A stretch of 64,000 bases of DNA from Patescibacteria group bacterium (GCA_038064855.1 JBBTSE010000007.1:151699-215698), one strand, 5' to 3'; counted from the stretch's first letter, positions 30,650-39,780 are shown. Numbers and translations: made by a program. The notes: generated by a model not told the origin, from the letters alone.

Positions 30650-31781
30650 GATATGCCGGTTCGGCTTTTTGACAAAAAGTGCCTATCGCCTCTTTCGATC
30701 CGAGCACTTCCGGCGCGCGACCCAAAATAACATTATAACAAGCATCTTTCTCCCCTTTGTCACTCAACAGCTTACAAAAACCGAGCGCGATGTCTTGCCC
30801 TGATGGATCCCAAAATGTATCTTGCGCCGCACCAATCAGACAGCCGATGCGCATATCACCCTTGGGTGCATGACTGCATTGTGCGATGGCTGACGCAGCA
30901 CTCCCACGATGCACACCGCCTACATCGCGCCCCATACTCTCAAAGCACGATCGCTGATATGTTTGGGGCGCCTTACTGCATGCGTCAGCTATCTTTTTAA
31001 AATCACCCATGAACAGTTGCATCATGCGGCTCGTCTGCAAAAAGTAACAAGATGATTTGTATTGTTCGCCGAGATTTGGATCATTGCATGGGTACAGCGG
31101 ATCATCACTTAAAAACTTCGATGTATGTCCCTCGATAGCACCGAGCCCGCCTACGATATTTTCCATAAACACGCCTGTCCAGCATGACGATTGACCGCGG
31201 TCAAGAAGATCGCAATTTTTTACCGCGTCGAGAACCTCGTAGTTTGACCATGCCAACAAACCGTGCCCGATACCGTGCAAACACTGATGACTGAAAAACG
31301 AATTGAGTTCTGACGAACAGATAGTCTGCAAGTCTTTTTGAAGATTCGCAGTACCATGATCGCGAAAATATGCCTCGGTCGCACCGTGATAACAGCCCGA
31401 ATGGCACTCAGAGCTACATTCTTTAAATGCTTTAGCATCTAAAAGATCGTACGAAAAACGCCCCGCCTCGTGCGCTGTCTGATGACAATCGCCAAACTTT
31501 GCTGAAAGCTCATGGAGGTGCGTTATAGTGCGCTTGGGACCAAATTTTTTCACATACGAATAGAGCGCGGCGTCATCATTCCATATAGCTTCGTCCGCCT
31601 CCGCAATAGCTTCGTTGTATGTGTACTCAACTTTTTTCTTTGAAACAGGTACATTGATATCACTCGAAGCCCCTTTCCAGTAGGTGGCGGCAAAATATCC
31701 GACAATTGCCGCAGTCACAATAAAAAATGCTGCGCGCCACCTCTGATCTCCCGACGATGTATTTTTTTCTTTTTTACTCAT
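30621..31781 (-). CDS. Exported Cys/His-rich repeat protein (paralog 2)
   Basis: TM anchor; CHQTAHEAGR, CYHG, CLHGIGHG, CWTGVFMEN; start at ATG 31781. Confidence 0.8.
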   Translation of the reverse strand: MSKKEKNTSSGDQRWRAAFFIVTAAIVGYFAATYWKGASSDINVPVSKKKVEYTYNEAIAEADEAIWNDDAALYSYVKKFGPKRTITHLHELSAKFGDCHQTAHEAGRFSYDLLDAKAFKECSSECHSGCYHGATEAYFRDHGTANLQKDLQTICSSELNSFFSHQCLHGIGHGLLAWSNYEVLDAVKNCDLLDRGQSSCWTGVFMENIVGGLGAIEGHTSKFLSDDPLYPCNDPNLGEQYKSSCYFLQTSRMMQLFMGDFKKIADACSKAPQTYQRSCFESMGRDVGGVHRGSAASAIAQCSHAPKGDMRIGCLIGAAQDTFWDPSGQDIALGFCKLLSDKGEKDACYNVILGRAPEVLGSKEAIGTFCQKAEPAYREQCMAYAR

Positions 31782-33004
31782 TGGTGTATTCCTGCGCCAT
31801 TCAAGCATATTTGTTGGTATGCCGGTGGGGCCGTATTCAAACAAATAGTACGAATAATGTCTTGATCGGTCGTTTGCTGTGTTAGGTTGCGCCCAAACAC
31901 ACGCCAGCAGTCATCGGCAAGATCAGCGGGTGCGCGTTTGCAAAACGCGCCCGCACGCGCGCCTTTGAGCTCATCGAAGTTCACGATATTATCAACGGCA
32001 CCAATCATGCATTCACGACGCAGCTGTATGGGGAACATCTTGCAAATTGCCCAGCTGGCATCTTCAAAACTTTTTGCGCCAGCATTCGAGAGGAGCGCTG
32101 GTTGCCACGATGGATTGGTCACCATCAGACCGATACTCTGCGCACACGCGCTTTGATTTGCCTCGGGCGCTTTGAGGCATGCCGCTGACGCCTTGGCAGT
32201 ATCATTTGAGAAGAAGCGCATGAGCCAACCTGCATGATTGATAAAACATTCGTGGCGATATTTTTCTTCAACTTTATTACATGGAGCGAGTGGATCGGTC
32301 TCTGAAAACACATTAGATTTTGACTCACCTTTCATGCCGGCGTTTACATTTTCCATAAACGCACCTTGCCAACAACCATCTTGCGCGGTTGCGTCCACCA
32401 GCGTGTCGCACTCTCTGACTGATTCAAAAATATCGTTGGCACGAGCCATCATCACACCGTGACCTACACCATGATAGCAATAAAAACGAGACTTGGGTGG
32501 CTTGGACCCGTCGATAGATTCACAGATAAGTGTCGCGGCATCTTTGGTGGTATCCGTATGACCGAGGACGTACTCAAAAAAACCGTGTTGGCAACCATAG
32601 TTAAAGCTCGTACCACACAGATCAAACGCCTGCGGATTCACACCAAACATCTCTGCGGTCTTGCGACCAATACGGTGCGCAAGCTGGTGATCGTCGAGTG
32701 AACGCGTAATTTTACCCGTCTCCTGATAACGCGCGAGCAATAAGAGCGCGGGCTCGGGCCCATATTCCTGCGTAATATCAGAAAAATAATCATCAAAGCA
32801 ATTAAGATCGATGCAATCAGTGTCTTTGGCATGCATCAAATCATCGAGCGATCCGTAAGATTTTGGCTGGGTAAAATCGCGCGAGAGTTTATGATCTTTT
32901 TCTGATGACGATTGTGAGGAATAGGAAAAAATCAAAAAAGCCCCGCCTACCAGCAACAAAAGTAGAACGACCCTCCCCTGCCATGACTCAAAAAAGCTTT
33001 GCAT
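31778..33004 (-). CDS. Exported Cys/His-rich repeat protein (paralog 1)
   Basis: TM anchor; DHQLAHRIGR, GCQHG, CYHGVGHG, CWQGAFMEN. Confidence 0.8.
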   Translation of the reverse strand: MQSFFESWQGRVVLLLLLVGGAFLIFSYSSQSSSEKDHKLSRDFTQPKSYGSLDDLMHAKDTDCIDLNCFDDYFSDITQEYGPEPALLLLARYQETGKITRSLDDHQLAHRIGRKTAEMFGVNPQAFDLCGTSFNYGCQHGFFEYVLGHTDTTKDAATLICESIDGSKPPKSRFYCYHGVGHGVMMARANDIFESVRECDTLVDATAQDGCWQGAFMENVNAGMKGESKSNVFSETDPLAPCNKVEEKYRHECFINHAGWLMRFFSNDTAKASAACLKAPEANQSACAQSIGLMVTNPSWQPALLSNAGAKSFEDASWAICKMFPIQLRRECMIGAVDNIVNFDELKGARAGAFCKRAPADLADDCWRVFGRNLTQQTTDQDIIRTICLNTAPPAYQQICLNGAGIHQ

Positions 33005-33016
33005 AATATGTCGCTT

Positions 33017-33955
33017 CTATAACATTTTCTTAAAAGCCTCTACTGCAGGCACCGCGTCAGGATCGTGATTCATAAGTATGGCCGTATGATATCCAGTCCA
33101 ATCACCAAGGGTGAGCGCGCTTTGCGTGATAGCAACGCGTGAAGTGCCTTCGAGTGTCACGACCTCTACCGGCCACCCTTTGCTCAATAATATTTTTTCG
33201 AGCACTTCCATGCGACGCGCGACGCGCGGATGGTCTTCGGCGTCTCGCAAAATAACAAACGCAAATGCGTTACCGGCAAATACATTATCAAAAGCGTTTA
33301 TTTCATTGTGATTTTGCTCGGGAATAGTATTGGCAAACGCGGGTATTTTTGCTGTTTCATTGAAAACAATTTTCCAATTGTATCCGATCGCGCGATTGCG
33401 CTCTGATGTATAGATGATCGGTACCTTGCCGTGTACACGGGATGCAAGGCGTTTGCCCGCTTCCTCAATACTTCTCGGATCCCATTTTTTTGCAAACGCA
33501 GTAAGCTCTGCGGCCTCGCGATCACGCCCCATGAGTGCCAAGAGTGCCTGTATGCTATATCCTCGCGCAGCGCGGGGTTGGATGTTTGTCGCGGGTATTC
33601 GCACCAGAGGCGTCTCTTCAGCTTCAGCCAAACGCGCAAGCTCGCCACCAGTAGCAACCGCCGCTGCTGGCAACTTTTCTTTTCGCGCTATGCGAAACGC
33701 GTCGATCACCTCTTCGGTATTTCCCGAATACGAGCTCGCGATGACAAGCGCGCCTTGTGTATTAAATGGCAAGCCATAGTCACGATGCGCGACTACCTTT
33801 ATCTCGGGCCAAATAGCTGGTATGAGATCTGCCGCAAGCGCGGAACCGCCCATGCCCGCCACGATCGTATAGTGAAGCTTAGAAAAATCAGCGGGTCGCT
33901 CGATCTCTGGCTTCCACAAAAGCTGTTCAGCTGCATTTGCTATGGCATCATACAT
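33017..33955 (-). CDS. Bifunctional phosphoglucose/phosphomannose isomerase (SIS domain)
   Basis: GMGGSA, SSYSGNTEE, QPRAA, NETAK, PEQNHNE. Confidence 0.93.
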   Translation of the reverse strand: MYDAIANAAEQLLWKPEIERPADFSKLHYTIVAGMGGSALAADLIPAIWPEIKVVAHRDYGLPFNTQGALVIASSYSGNTEEVIDAFRIARKEKLPAAAVATGGELARLAEAEETPLVRIPATNIQPRAARGYSIQALLALMGRDREAAELTAFAKKWDPRSIEEAGKRLASRVHGKVPIIYTSERNRAIGYNWKIVFNETAKIPAFANTIPEQNHNEINAFDNVFAGNAFAFVILRDAEDHPRVARRMEVLEKILLSKGWPVEVVTLEGTSRVAITQSALTLGDWTGYHTAILMNHDPDAVPAVEAFKKML

Positions 33956-34005
33956 TAGTTGCAGTATACCCTGTACATCCAGTATTTGAAAAGAAAAAAG
34001 CGCCG

Positions 34006-34503
34006 TCAGGCTTCTGTATACTCGCGGTATACGAGAACCTGCAACGGCGCGATAGTGATGAGTGTACCACCCTCAACGGGGTGAAATGAGATTATCGGTG
34101 GACCCACAATCCGCACGACAATCGGCGTATAGCTGGGCAAGGCATGCCCAACGAAGAGCGCGACGACAGTTTTCTGTTCGAGATCCTCTCGAAACAGATC
34201 CTCGACTCCGTGCCATTGGTGCTGGTAGATAGCGCCCGGCAGCGACAGATCGGTGTCGCGCTCCTGGCACATGATCGCCGTATGGTCTTCGTCATTGCCG
34301 TAGTGATAGCGCACCTTGGTGGTAACGAACTTTGTCGAGTGCGTGCCGAGCACATCAGTGAGCACACGAGTCAGCATGGCCGAGAGCGCTTCGTGCTCGG
34401 TCGGCGTAAGCTGATCTACCGCAAGGATGAGTGGTTTGGGATCGGCACGGGCGATGCCGGCAGACACGCACAAGAAGAGCGCTACCATAATGATGCGATG
34501 CAT
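34006..34503 (-). CDS. Secreted hypothetical protein
   Basis: Signal peptide ending ARA; SD AAGGAGG; GC-richer than its neighbours. Confidence 0.65.
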   Translation of the reverse strand: MHRIIMVALFLCVSAGIARADPKPLILAVDQLTPTEHEALSAMLTRVLTDVLGTHSTKFVTTKVRYHYGNDEDHTAIMCQERDTDLSLPGAIYQHQWHGVEDLFREDLEQKTVVALFVGHALPSYTPIVVRIVGPPIISFHPVEGGTLITIAPLQVLVYREYTEA

Positions 34504-34574
34504 CTTCGAACCTCCTTGGTTGAGTGATGAACTCCTAAGGTCAGGCTACTCCAGCGTCAATATGAAGTCAAAAA

Positions 34575-35021
34575 TTATCCAAACCATTTGATCTTGTGAA
34601 CACTATCAAGCCCCCACACACGCCCCGCACGAACTGCGGCAAAAAAGACAAGCACGAGCGCATAGATAATATGATCGTCTACAATATAGGAATATTCGCC
34701 CACCATCGGAAACGATAGGATGGGAAAATAGTAGAGCAACATCAGTACCGCGCCAAGTATCGAGCTCAAGCGCACGCCAAGCCCTACAATGAGCGAGATA
34801 CCGAGTAGCGTCAGGCCCCACGCGTTGATGAAATTGACTACAGGCAAGGCGGATGAATTTAAAATCCATTCGTAAAATCCGCCAAAGGTTTTAGCGTCCT
34901 TCAGATAAAAAGCCGCCGACCAATCAGGATTCATGACCTTAGTGATACCCGCGTAGAACATCAACCAACCGAGCGATACTCGCGTCAGGGTCAGTGTGAG
35001 CTTTGAAAAAAGTGTATCCAT
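34575..35021 (-). CDS. DoxX-family membrane protein
   Basis: RVSLGWLMFYAGITK, GLGVR, GRVWGLD. Confidence 0.88.
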   Translation of the reverse strand: MDTLFSKLTLTLTRVSLGWLMFYAGITKVMNPDWSAAFYLKDAKTFGGFYEWILNSSALPVVNFINAWGLTLLGISLIVGLGVRLSSILGAVLMLLYYFPILSFPMVGEYSYIVDDHIIYALVLVFFAAVRAGRVWGLDSVHKIKWFG

Positions 35022-35030
35022 AGTGTTTTA

Positions 35031-35414
35031 TTATTTACCTTGTAAAAACGCTCCGCGCACCGACTTGATGCTAAAATAAAGCGCGAAGAAAAAAATGACC
35101 GCAAGCCCCTGCGTGATCCAAAAGAGTGGTTCGGTTTGTGTCTCGTAGCCCGTCACCGCATGATATTCAAAAACAGTCGCGGCTATCAGAGAGATACCGA
35201 GATCAAGTTTCATAACCCATGCTTGGCGTGGATTGGTCAGACCGGCGGCAACATCGATGATGACGATGGCAAGTACCATTATAAAACTTGGCACCGACAA
35301 AATGTATTTGTAAAACGGCAATGTAAGCACCATGATCACGCCTCCTGCGATAAAGAGCTGTCGCACCACATCGCCATAGTAATGCCCCGCGTATTTGTTA
35401 AATCCGTTGGCCAT
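35031..35414 (-). CDS. Hypothetical 4-TM protein
   Basis: Four hydrophobic segments; in an operon with its neighbours. Confidence 0.75.
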   Translation of the reverse strand: MANGFNKYAGHYYGDVVRQLFIAGGVIMVLTLPFYKYILSVPSFIMVLAIVIIDVAAGLTNPRQAWVMKLDLGISLIAATVFEYHAVTGYETQTEPLFWITQGLAVIFFFALYFSIKSVRGAFLQGK

Positions 35415-35415
35415 A

Positions 35416-36543
35416 TTAGGGTGTACCTCCTAGCTTCTTTGACCAGATGCTGATACCGTTTGGTTCTTTTCCTGCGGGGATTCTGCCTACTTCGGCATCG
35501 GTCGCCGTATCAATGATGCTGACATCGTCACTCTTGAGGTTGGTGATATATACAAACCTGCTGTCTTTAGAAACTACTACGCCATGTGGCGCATCGCCTG
35601 TTTTAATTTCTTTTACTATTTGCCCTGTTGATACATCAATTTTATAGACAATATTATTTTGCGGCTGGCCAAAGTAATATCCTTGATCAGCAAGATATAC
35701 AAAGCGTGAGTCGGGCGTTGGGTACATCTGGATTGGCCCTTTAGCACTCGGGGGAAGATCCACCATCACTGTTAATTTGGTGTCGGGGCGATACATGGCG
35801 AGCTGTTTACTATCGTAGAGTGAGACGAACACCGTCTTGCCGTCAGGTGTCACGCCTACTTGCACTGCCTGACCGGACAAAGCTACTTGCGTCAAAGTAT
35901 TGGTCGCAAGATCAAGCATACCAAGCGCCTTGCCTGTCAAAAGTGCTATATAGAGCGTCTGGCCGTCCGGAGAAATGCGCATGCCGTGTGGCTGGCTTGC
36001 GGAGGGTGCAGGGATTTTCTTTTCTATCTCGTAGGTCTTGGCGTTTATCTTGTAGATAATGCCAACTTTTTGTGCTGTTGCATACGCGTATGATCCATCA
36101 GCGGTAATAACTACATGCGCGCCCTGTACACCCTTGTCGAGCGGGATGCGTTTGAGGATACGATCGGTGAGCGGATTGATGACAATAACTTCATCAGGAT
36201 TAGAACCTTCCCCGGCTTCGCCGTGGGCAAGAGCTGCAGGTATCATGCCGCCACTATGACCCTCGTGCTTGCCACTGTTTGCAGTCACCCAAACACTTTT
36301 GCCATTGGGTGCAACTTGTATGTTGTGCGGGAAAAATTTGACCGTACCGCCATCATGCTCGATCGTCAGATCGATAGATTTTATGACAGATTTTTTTGCG
36401 GGATTGATGACGACAATCTTGCCATCGCCTTCTGCCGCTACATATATTTTTTCAGCGGGGGCAAAAATGCCCTGCTCGCGCAGCACAACAAACCCAATAA
36501 TCAAAACGACCACGATGCCGATGATAACGAGTGGATTTTTCAT
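35416..36543 (-). CDS. YncE/YVTN-type beta-propeller, membrane anchored
   Basis: Repeated PHG...SPDG..YV blades with many His residues. Confidence 0.88.
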   Translation of the reverse strand: MKNPLVIIGIVVVLIIGFVVLREQGIFAPAEKIYVAAEGDGKIVVINPAKKSVIKSIDLTIEHDGGTVKFFPHNIQVAPNGKSVWVTANSGKHEGHSGGMIPAALAHGEAGEGSNPDEVIVINPLTDRILKRIPLDKGVQGAHVVITADGSYAYATAQKVGIIYKINAKTYEIEKKIPAPSASQPHGMRISPDGQTLYIALLTGKALGMLDLATNTLTQVALSGQAVQVGVTPDGKTVFVSLYDSKQLAMYRPDTKLTVMVDLPPSAKGPIQMYPTPDSRFVYLADQGYYFGQPQNNIVYKIDVSTGQIVKEIKTGDAPHGVVVSKDSRFVYITNLKSDDVSIIDTATDAEVGRIPAGKEPNGISIWSKKLGGTP

Positions 36544-36566
36544 ATTTTTAGTATACTACACCTGCA

Positions 36567-36597
36567 AAAAGAAAACCCACAAAGCTGTGGGTTTTGT
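36567..36597 (-). terminator. Terminator after tRNA-Ser
   Basis: AAAACCCACA-AAGC-TGTGGGTTTT. Confidence 0.75.
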
Positions 36598-36604
36598 TTT
36601 AATG

Positions 36605-36691
36605 CGGAGAGGGTGAGATTCGAACTCACGATACGGTTGCCCGTATTCCGGTTTTCAAGACCGGTGCTTTCAACCACTCAGCCACCTCTCC
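36605..36691 (-). tRNA. tRNA-Ser(TGA), CCA not encoded
   Basis: GGAGAGG acceptor stem, CCGGT-CTTGAAA-ACCGG, long variable arm, GTTCGAATC. Confidence 0.95.
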
Positions 36692-36749
36692 TTGTTTGGT
36701 TGTGAATGCTAGCGTATCAAATTTTTTGATTTTCGTCCAAAAAGTATTT

Positions 36750-36780
36750 GAGGCGCCTTCGGTGAATCCGAAGGCGCCTC
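36750..36780. terminator. Strong hairpin/terminator
   Basis: GAGGCGCCTTCGG-TGAAT-CCGAAGGCGCCTC 13-bp stem. Confidence 0.7.
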
Positions 36781-36805
36781 ATGTGTTGTGCTGCGTGATG
36801 CAGCG

Positions 36806-37204
36806 TCAGTGTCGCGTGACCTCGTAGGTCTTGCGGCGGGTTAGGAACTCTCGATCGCCCGGCAACTCGCCGAGCAGGCGGAGACGCCGGCCGGCACCTC
36901 CGGTCACGGTGCCCATAATCTCGCGCTGGCCATGACGGAAGCTGGTCGTAGCACCGCGTGGGAAGGCCGCACATGCCGGCATGGGCTCACCGCGCATACG
37001 CGTGGAACGCCCGTCAATCATGTCGAGTGCGATGTTGCGGCGAGGATCCTCGCCACGCTTGCCGTCACCGTCGGGATCGTGATCGGTGTTGGACTGGTGA
37101 TCGCCAAGGTCCGGCTCGTCGAGCTCCTCACGCGCGATGTGACAAGCGATCGCCAAAGCGATCATGATGCCGATGACGGCGACTGCGAGACCGATGATGT
37201 CCAT
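36806..37204 (-). CDS. GC-rich hypothetical protein with N-terminal TM
   Basis: MDIIGLAVAVIGIMIALAIAC; upstream TTGACA-17-TACTTT promoter and a downstream hairpin. Confidence 0.55.
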   Translation of the reverse strand: MDIIGLAVAVIGIMIALAIACHIAREELDEPDLGDHQSNTDHDPDGDGKRGEDPRRNIALDMIDGRSTRMRGEPMPACAAFPRGATTSFRHGQREIMGTVTGGAGRRLRLLGELPGDREFLTRRKTYEVTRH

Positions 37205-37308
37205 CTTGCTCACCTTCCTGTCTCCTGTCTTGTTGAGGCTTGGCATATATATGCCAAACTCGTTGTACGCTGAAAACAAAGTACTACACTATATAGTATT
37301 TGTCAATG

Positions 37309-38028
37309 CTACCCCCAAATCACATACGCAAGCGCAAGCGTACTAACGATAATCACAAAACCTACAAGCGTGCCGAATGATCGAAATCGTTTTTTGCTCA
37401 CTACTTTGAAAAACCAAAAAACCTGACCAAATAAAGCGGCTGCAGTAAGGCCAATCAAAAGATACCCTGCAAGATTATTAAGTATATCTTCTGGCGCCAT
37501 CAATAGAAAATGAAAAATAGCAGATACATACGCAATATATACAAACCTGTGGAGTGTCTTCCACACCTTAGGTGTCAGCTTTTGCATCGCCCAATCGGTC
37601 GAGGTTATCGCCATCAAAAATAAAATAACATACGCAATAGATCCAAAAATAATGGGGTTTACGAGTGGATTGAGTGAAAAATAAACAAGCGCGAGATCGT
37701 AGTTAAAATACAGCTTCATCGCCACCTGCACATGTAAAAAAATCAGCACAAATCCACTCACTCCCAAATACCGACGATATCGCCAATACTGTGCGAGGCG
37801 TGGTACCCAACGAAAAAGCGCGCTTGAGAAAAGTGCGGCGCTGATAAGTGTCGCTCCCGCAAATGAAAAACTACGAACGAGAGACTCGACTATTTGTCCT
37901 GCTGATGCCCAATAGTATTGAAACAAAAACTGGGCAAGCCAAAAGAAGAAAACGCCGAGAGAAAAAAGTGCGAGCGTGCGTCGCTGCTTTTTCTTTATTG
38001 CGCGCTGCATCTCTATGATATCTGTCAT
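37309..38028 (-). CDS. Ferric-reductase-like TM protein (MsrQ/YedZ-like)
   Basis: RRYLG...LH, AITS, WKTLHRFVY...H heme-ligand pattern; start ATG 38028 just after tRNA-Trp. Confidence 0.88.
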   Translation of the reverse strand: MTDIIEMQRAIKKKQRRTLALFSLGVFFFWLAQFLFQYYWASAGQIVESLVRSFSFAGATLISAALFSSALFRWVPRLAQYWRYRRYLGVSGFVLIFLHVQVAMKLYFNYDLALVYFSLNPLVNPIIFGSIAYVILFLMAITSTDWAMQKLTPKVWKTLHRFVYIAYVSAIFHFLLMAPEDILNNLAGYLLIGLTAAALFGQVFWFFKVVSKKRFRSFGTLVGFVIIVSTLALAYVIWG

Positions 38029-38030
38029 TG

Positions 38031-38101
38031 CGGGAGTGCTAGGATTCGAACCTAGATAGCTGGTTTTGGAGACCAGAGTCCTGCCATTGGACGACACTCC
38101 C
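38031..38101 (-). tRNA. tRNA-Trp(CCA), CCA end not encoded
   Basis: GGGAGTG/CACTCCC acceptor stem, CTGGT-CTCCAAA-ACCAG, CTAGGTTCGAATCCTAG. Confidence 0.93.
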
Positions 38102-38201
38102 AAATTTGTATTGCCCCCACTCGACACCAAGTATAGAGGGAACACCTCTCTATGAAAAGTCCCGCGCCGCGATGAACGCGGAGCGGGTTTTGGATGCCAG
38201 T

Positions 38202-38513
38202 CTAGGCGGTAGCCGCCACCTTGGGCCTGCGAACGAGTGTGAGTCGGCGCTCGACGAAATCATCTGCGGGCGATGCCGTCACCTGTGCGATCTCAGACTG
38301 GAACTCGCGGAAGAACCAGTTGAGGTCCTCGCCGTAGGCGCGAGCGATCTTGATGATGATCGCAATCGTGGGCGTGCGGCCGCCGAGGTAGTTGTACACG
38401 GCTGACAGACTGATGCCTACGCGCCACGCAAACTCCTTGGGCTCGCCTGCCACGAGCATGTTGATACGATCTACCACGAACTCCGAATCGAATGGCTGGT
38501 GCTGCTTCTGCAC
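38202..38513 (-). CDS. XRE-family HTH protein
   Basis: EFAWRVGISLSAVYNYLGGRTP...IARAYGEDLNWF; SD AAGGAGG with GTG start. Confidence 0.82.
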   Translation of the reverse strand: MQKQHQPFDSEFVVDRINMLVAGEPKEFAWRVGISLSAVYNYLGGRTPTIAIIIKIARAYGEDLNWFFREFQSEIAQVTASPADDFVERRLTLVRRPKVAATA

Positions 38514-38617
38514 TACGCTCCTCCTTGGTTATGATGGTACTGCTTATTTGTATACTTACCCGAAAATACCCAAAAGTCAACCTAACAAAAAAGCACCCCG
38601 AGGGGGAGCTTTGATGT

Positions 38618-38776
38618 TTATTTCTTCGATTCCTTGTGCTTTGTATGTTTACGGCACCACTCACAATGTTTGCTGGTCTCGATTTTTTTCTCAACTTTGC
38701 GAACATTTTTATGCGTATAGTAGTTGTAACGCTTACAGACAGAGCAACGGAGTCGGATTAGGTTTGGTTGCGGCAT
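38618..38776 (-). CDS. rpmG: 50S ribosomal protein L33 (Zn-binding form)
   Basis: Manual translation MPQPNLIRLRCSVCKRYNYYTHKNVRKVEKKIETSKHCEWCRKHTKHKESKK; absent from the ORF track. Confidence 0.95.
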   Translation of the reverse strand: MPQPNLIRLRCSVCKRYNYYTHKNVRKVEKKIETSKHCEWCRKHTKHKESKK

Positions 38777-38816
38777 AGCTAATAGAATATACGATATCGG
38801 ATAGTTTGTAAAGTAT

Positions 38817-38892
38817 TGGAGCCAATGGACGGAATTGAACCGACGACCTACTCCTTACCATGGAGTTGCTCTACCGACTGAGCTACATTGGC
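38817..38892 (-). tRNA. tRNA-Thr(GGT)
   Basis: GCCAATG...ACTCC-ATGGTAA-GGAGT...CATTGGC-TCCA. Confidence 0.96.
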
Positions 38893-38923
38893 ACTAAAAT
38901 ACCGTCAGAATACTATATCTTTT

Positions 38924-39238
38924 TTATTCGGCACTTTCAAGAAAAATGCGCTTTTCAAACCCTCCACGCCTCGTGCGCTTTTCTTCCTGGATGCGCAAAA
39001 TATCTTCTTTTGAAAAGCCATGAACTTTCGCCATAGCATCAAGCACCTCGTAGATATCGGCCATCTCTTCTTTACGATCTTCGTCTCCGTGACGCAACTC
39101 TTGTACTTCTTCTAAAAGCTTATCATCGAGCGCTTTGAGGTATTCGGGCTCGGCCAACACACGCGTAGTGGGCTTTGAACCATCTTTGATCATAATCTCG
39201 GGAACATTGTCCCGAACAAGTTTTCTAAAAATTTTCAT
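38924..39238 (-). CDS. MazG-like NTP pyrophosphohydrolase (PRA-PH family)
   Basis: KLVRDNVPEI, KLLEEVQE, EEMADIYEV, KR..RGGF..RIFL; start at ATG 39238. Confidence 0.9.
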   Translation of the reverse strand: MKIFRKLVRDNVPEIMIKDGSKPTTRVLAEPEYLKALDDKLLEEVQELRHGDEDRKEEMADIYEVLDAMAKVHGFSKEDILRIQEEKRTRRGGFEKRIFLESAE

Positions 39239-39249
39239 ATATTTTTTGT

Positions 39250-39339
39250 GTGGGCAGGGAGGGATTCGCAGCGCCTCCTCAGCGCAGCCCACGGATATTC
39301 GCTCGAACCGGTGGCGCTCATATCCGGTTCGAATCCTCT
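39250..39339 (-). repeat. Duplicated tRNA-Tyr 3' end (19 bp) attached to a structured element of about 70 nt
   Basis: 39250-39268 is identical to 39365-39383; hairpin TCGAACCGG...CCGGTTCGA at 39303-39332; GGATTCG/CGAATCC outer complementarity. Confidence 0.85.
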
Positions 39340-39362
39340 TATTATAAATATGCATTCTGCAT

Positions 39363-39449
39363 TGGTGGGCAGGGAGGGATTCGAACCCCCGTAGCCACAT
39401 GGGCGCCAGATTTACAGTCTGGTGCGATTGACCGCTCCGCCACCTGCCC
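39363..39449 (-). tRNA. tRNA-Tyr(GTA)
   Basis: GGGCAGG acceptor stem, CCAGA-CTGTAAA-TCTGG, long variable arm, ends ACCA. Confidence 0.97.
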
Positions 39450-39468
39450 GTTGAGTTAGTCAACTAGG

Positions 39469-39517
39469 ATGGGCGTCCCGCTTTAGCGGGATGCATTGAC
39501 CGCTCCGCCACCTGCCC
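39469..39517 (-). repeat. Pseudo-tRNA-Tyr 5' repeat, copy 2
   Basis: 49 bp identical to 39781-39829. Confidence 0.97.
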
Positions 39518-39526
39518 ATTCACTAG

Positions 39527-39772
39527 CTAGCTTATTTGTAACAACTTTTTGAACATCTCGCCACCCTTCCATGACTTTATCTCTTTTTCGCGTCTCAAAG
39601 CAGTAATTCTGTCCTCATACTGCTCGCTGTAAATGAGCTCTAGAGGACGACGATGTTTTGTAGAAATATTGCCACCAGAGTTGTGGCGCAAGAGGCGTTT
39701 TTCAAGGTCAGAGGTAAACCCTATATAATGCCTACCATCTTTTTGACTCTTTAAAACATAAATGTACCACAT
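39527..39772 (-). CDS. Stand-alone GIY-YIG nuclease (81 aa)
   Basis: MWYIYVLKS..DGRHYIGFTSDLEKRL.RHN.G..ST...RP.ELIYSE......A..RE..IK. Confidence 0.93.
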   Translation of the reverse strand: MWYIYVLKSQKDGRHYIGFTSDLEKRLLRHNSGGNISTKHRRPLELIYSEQYEDRITALRREKEIKSWKGGEMFKKLLQIS

Positions 39773-39780
39773 AATTCCAC

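Noticed and set aside
38293-38778. ORF-track ORFs 38293-38706 and 38392-38778
   Set aside because: The region is explained by rpmG (38618-38776), a hairpin and the XRE gene.
39239-39463. Long N-terminal extensions of the MazG-like, GIY-YIG, MsrQ-like and His-phosphatase ORFs
   Set aside because: They run through tRNA or tRNA-derived sequence and are chance open frames.
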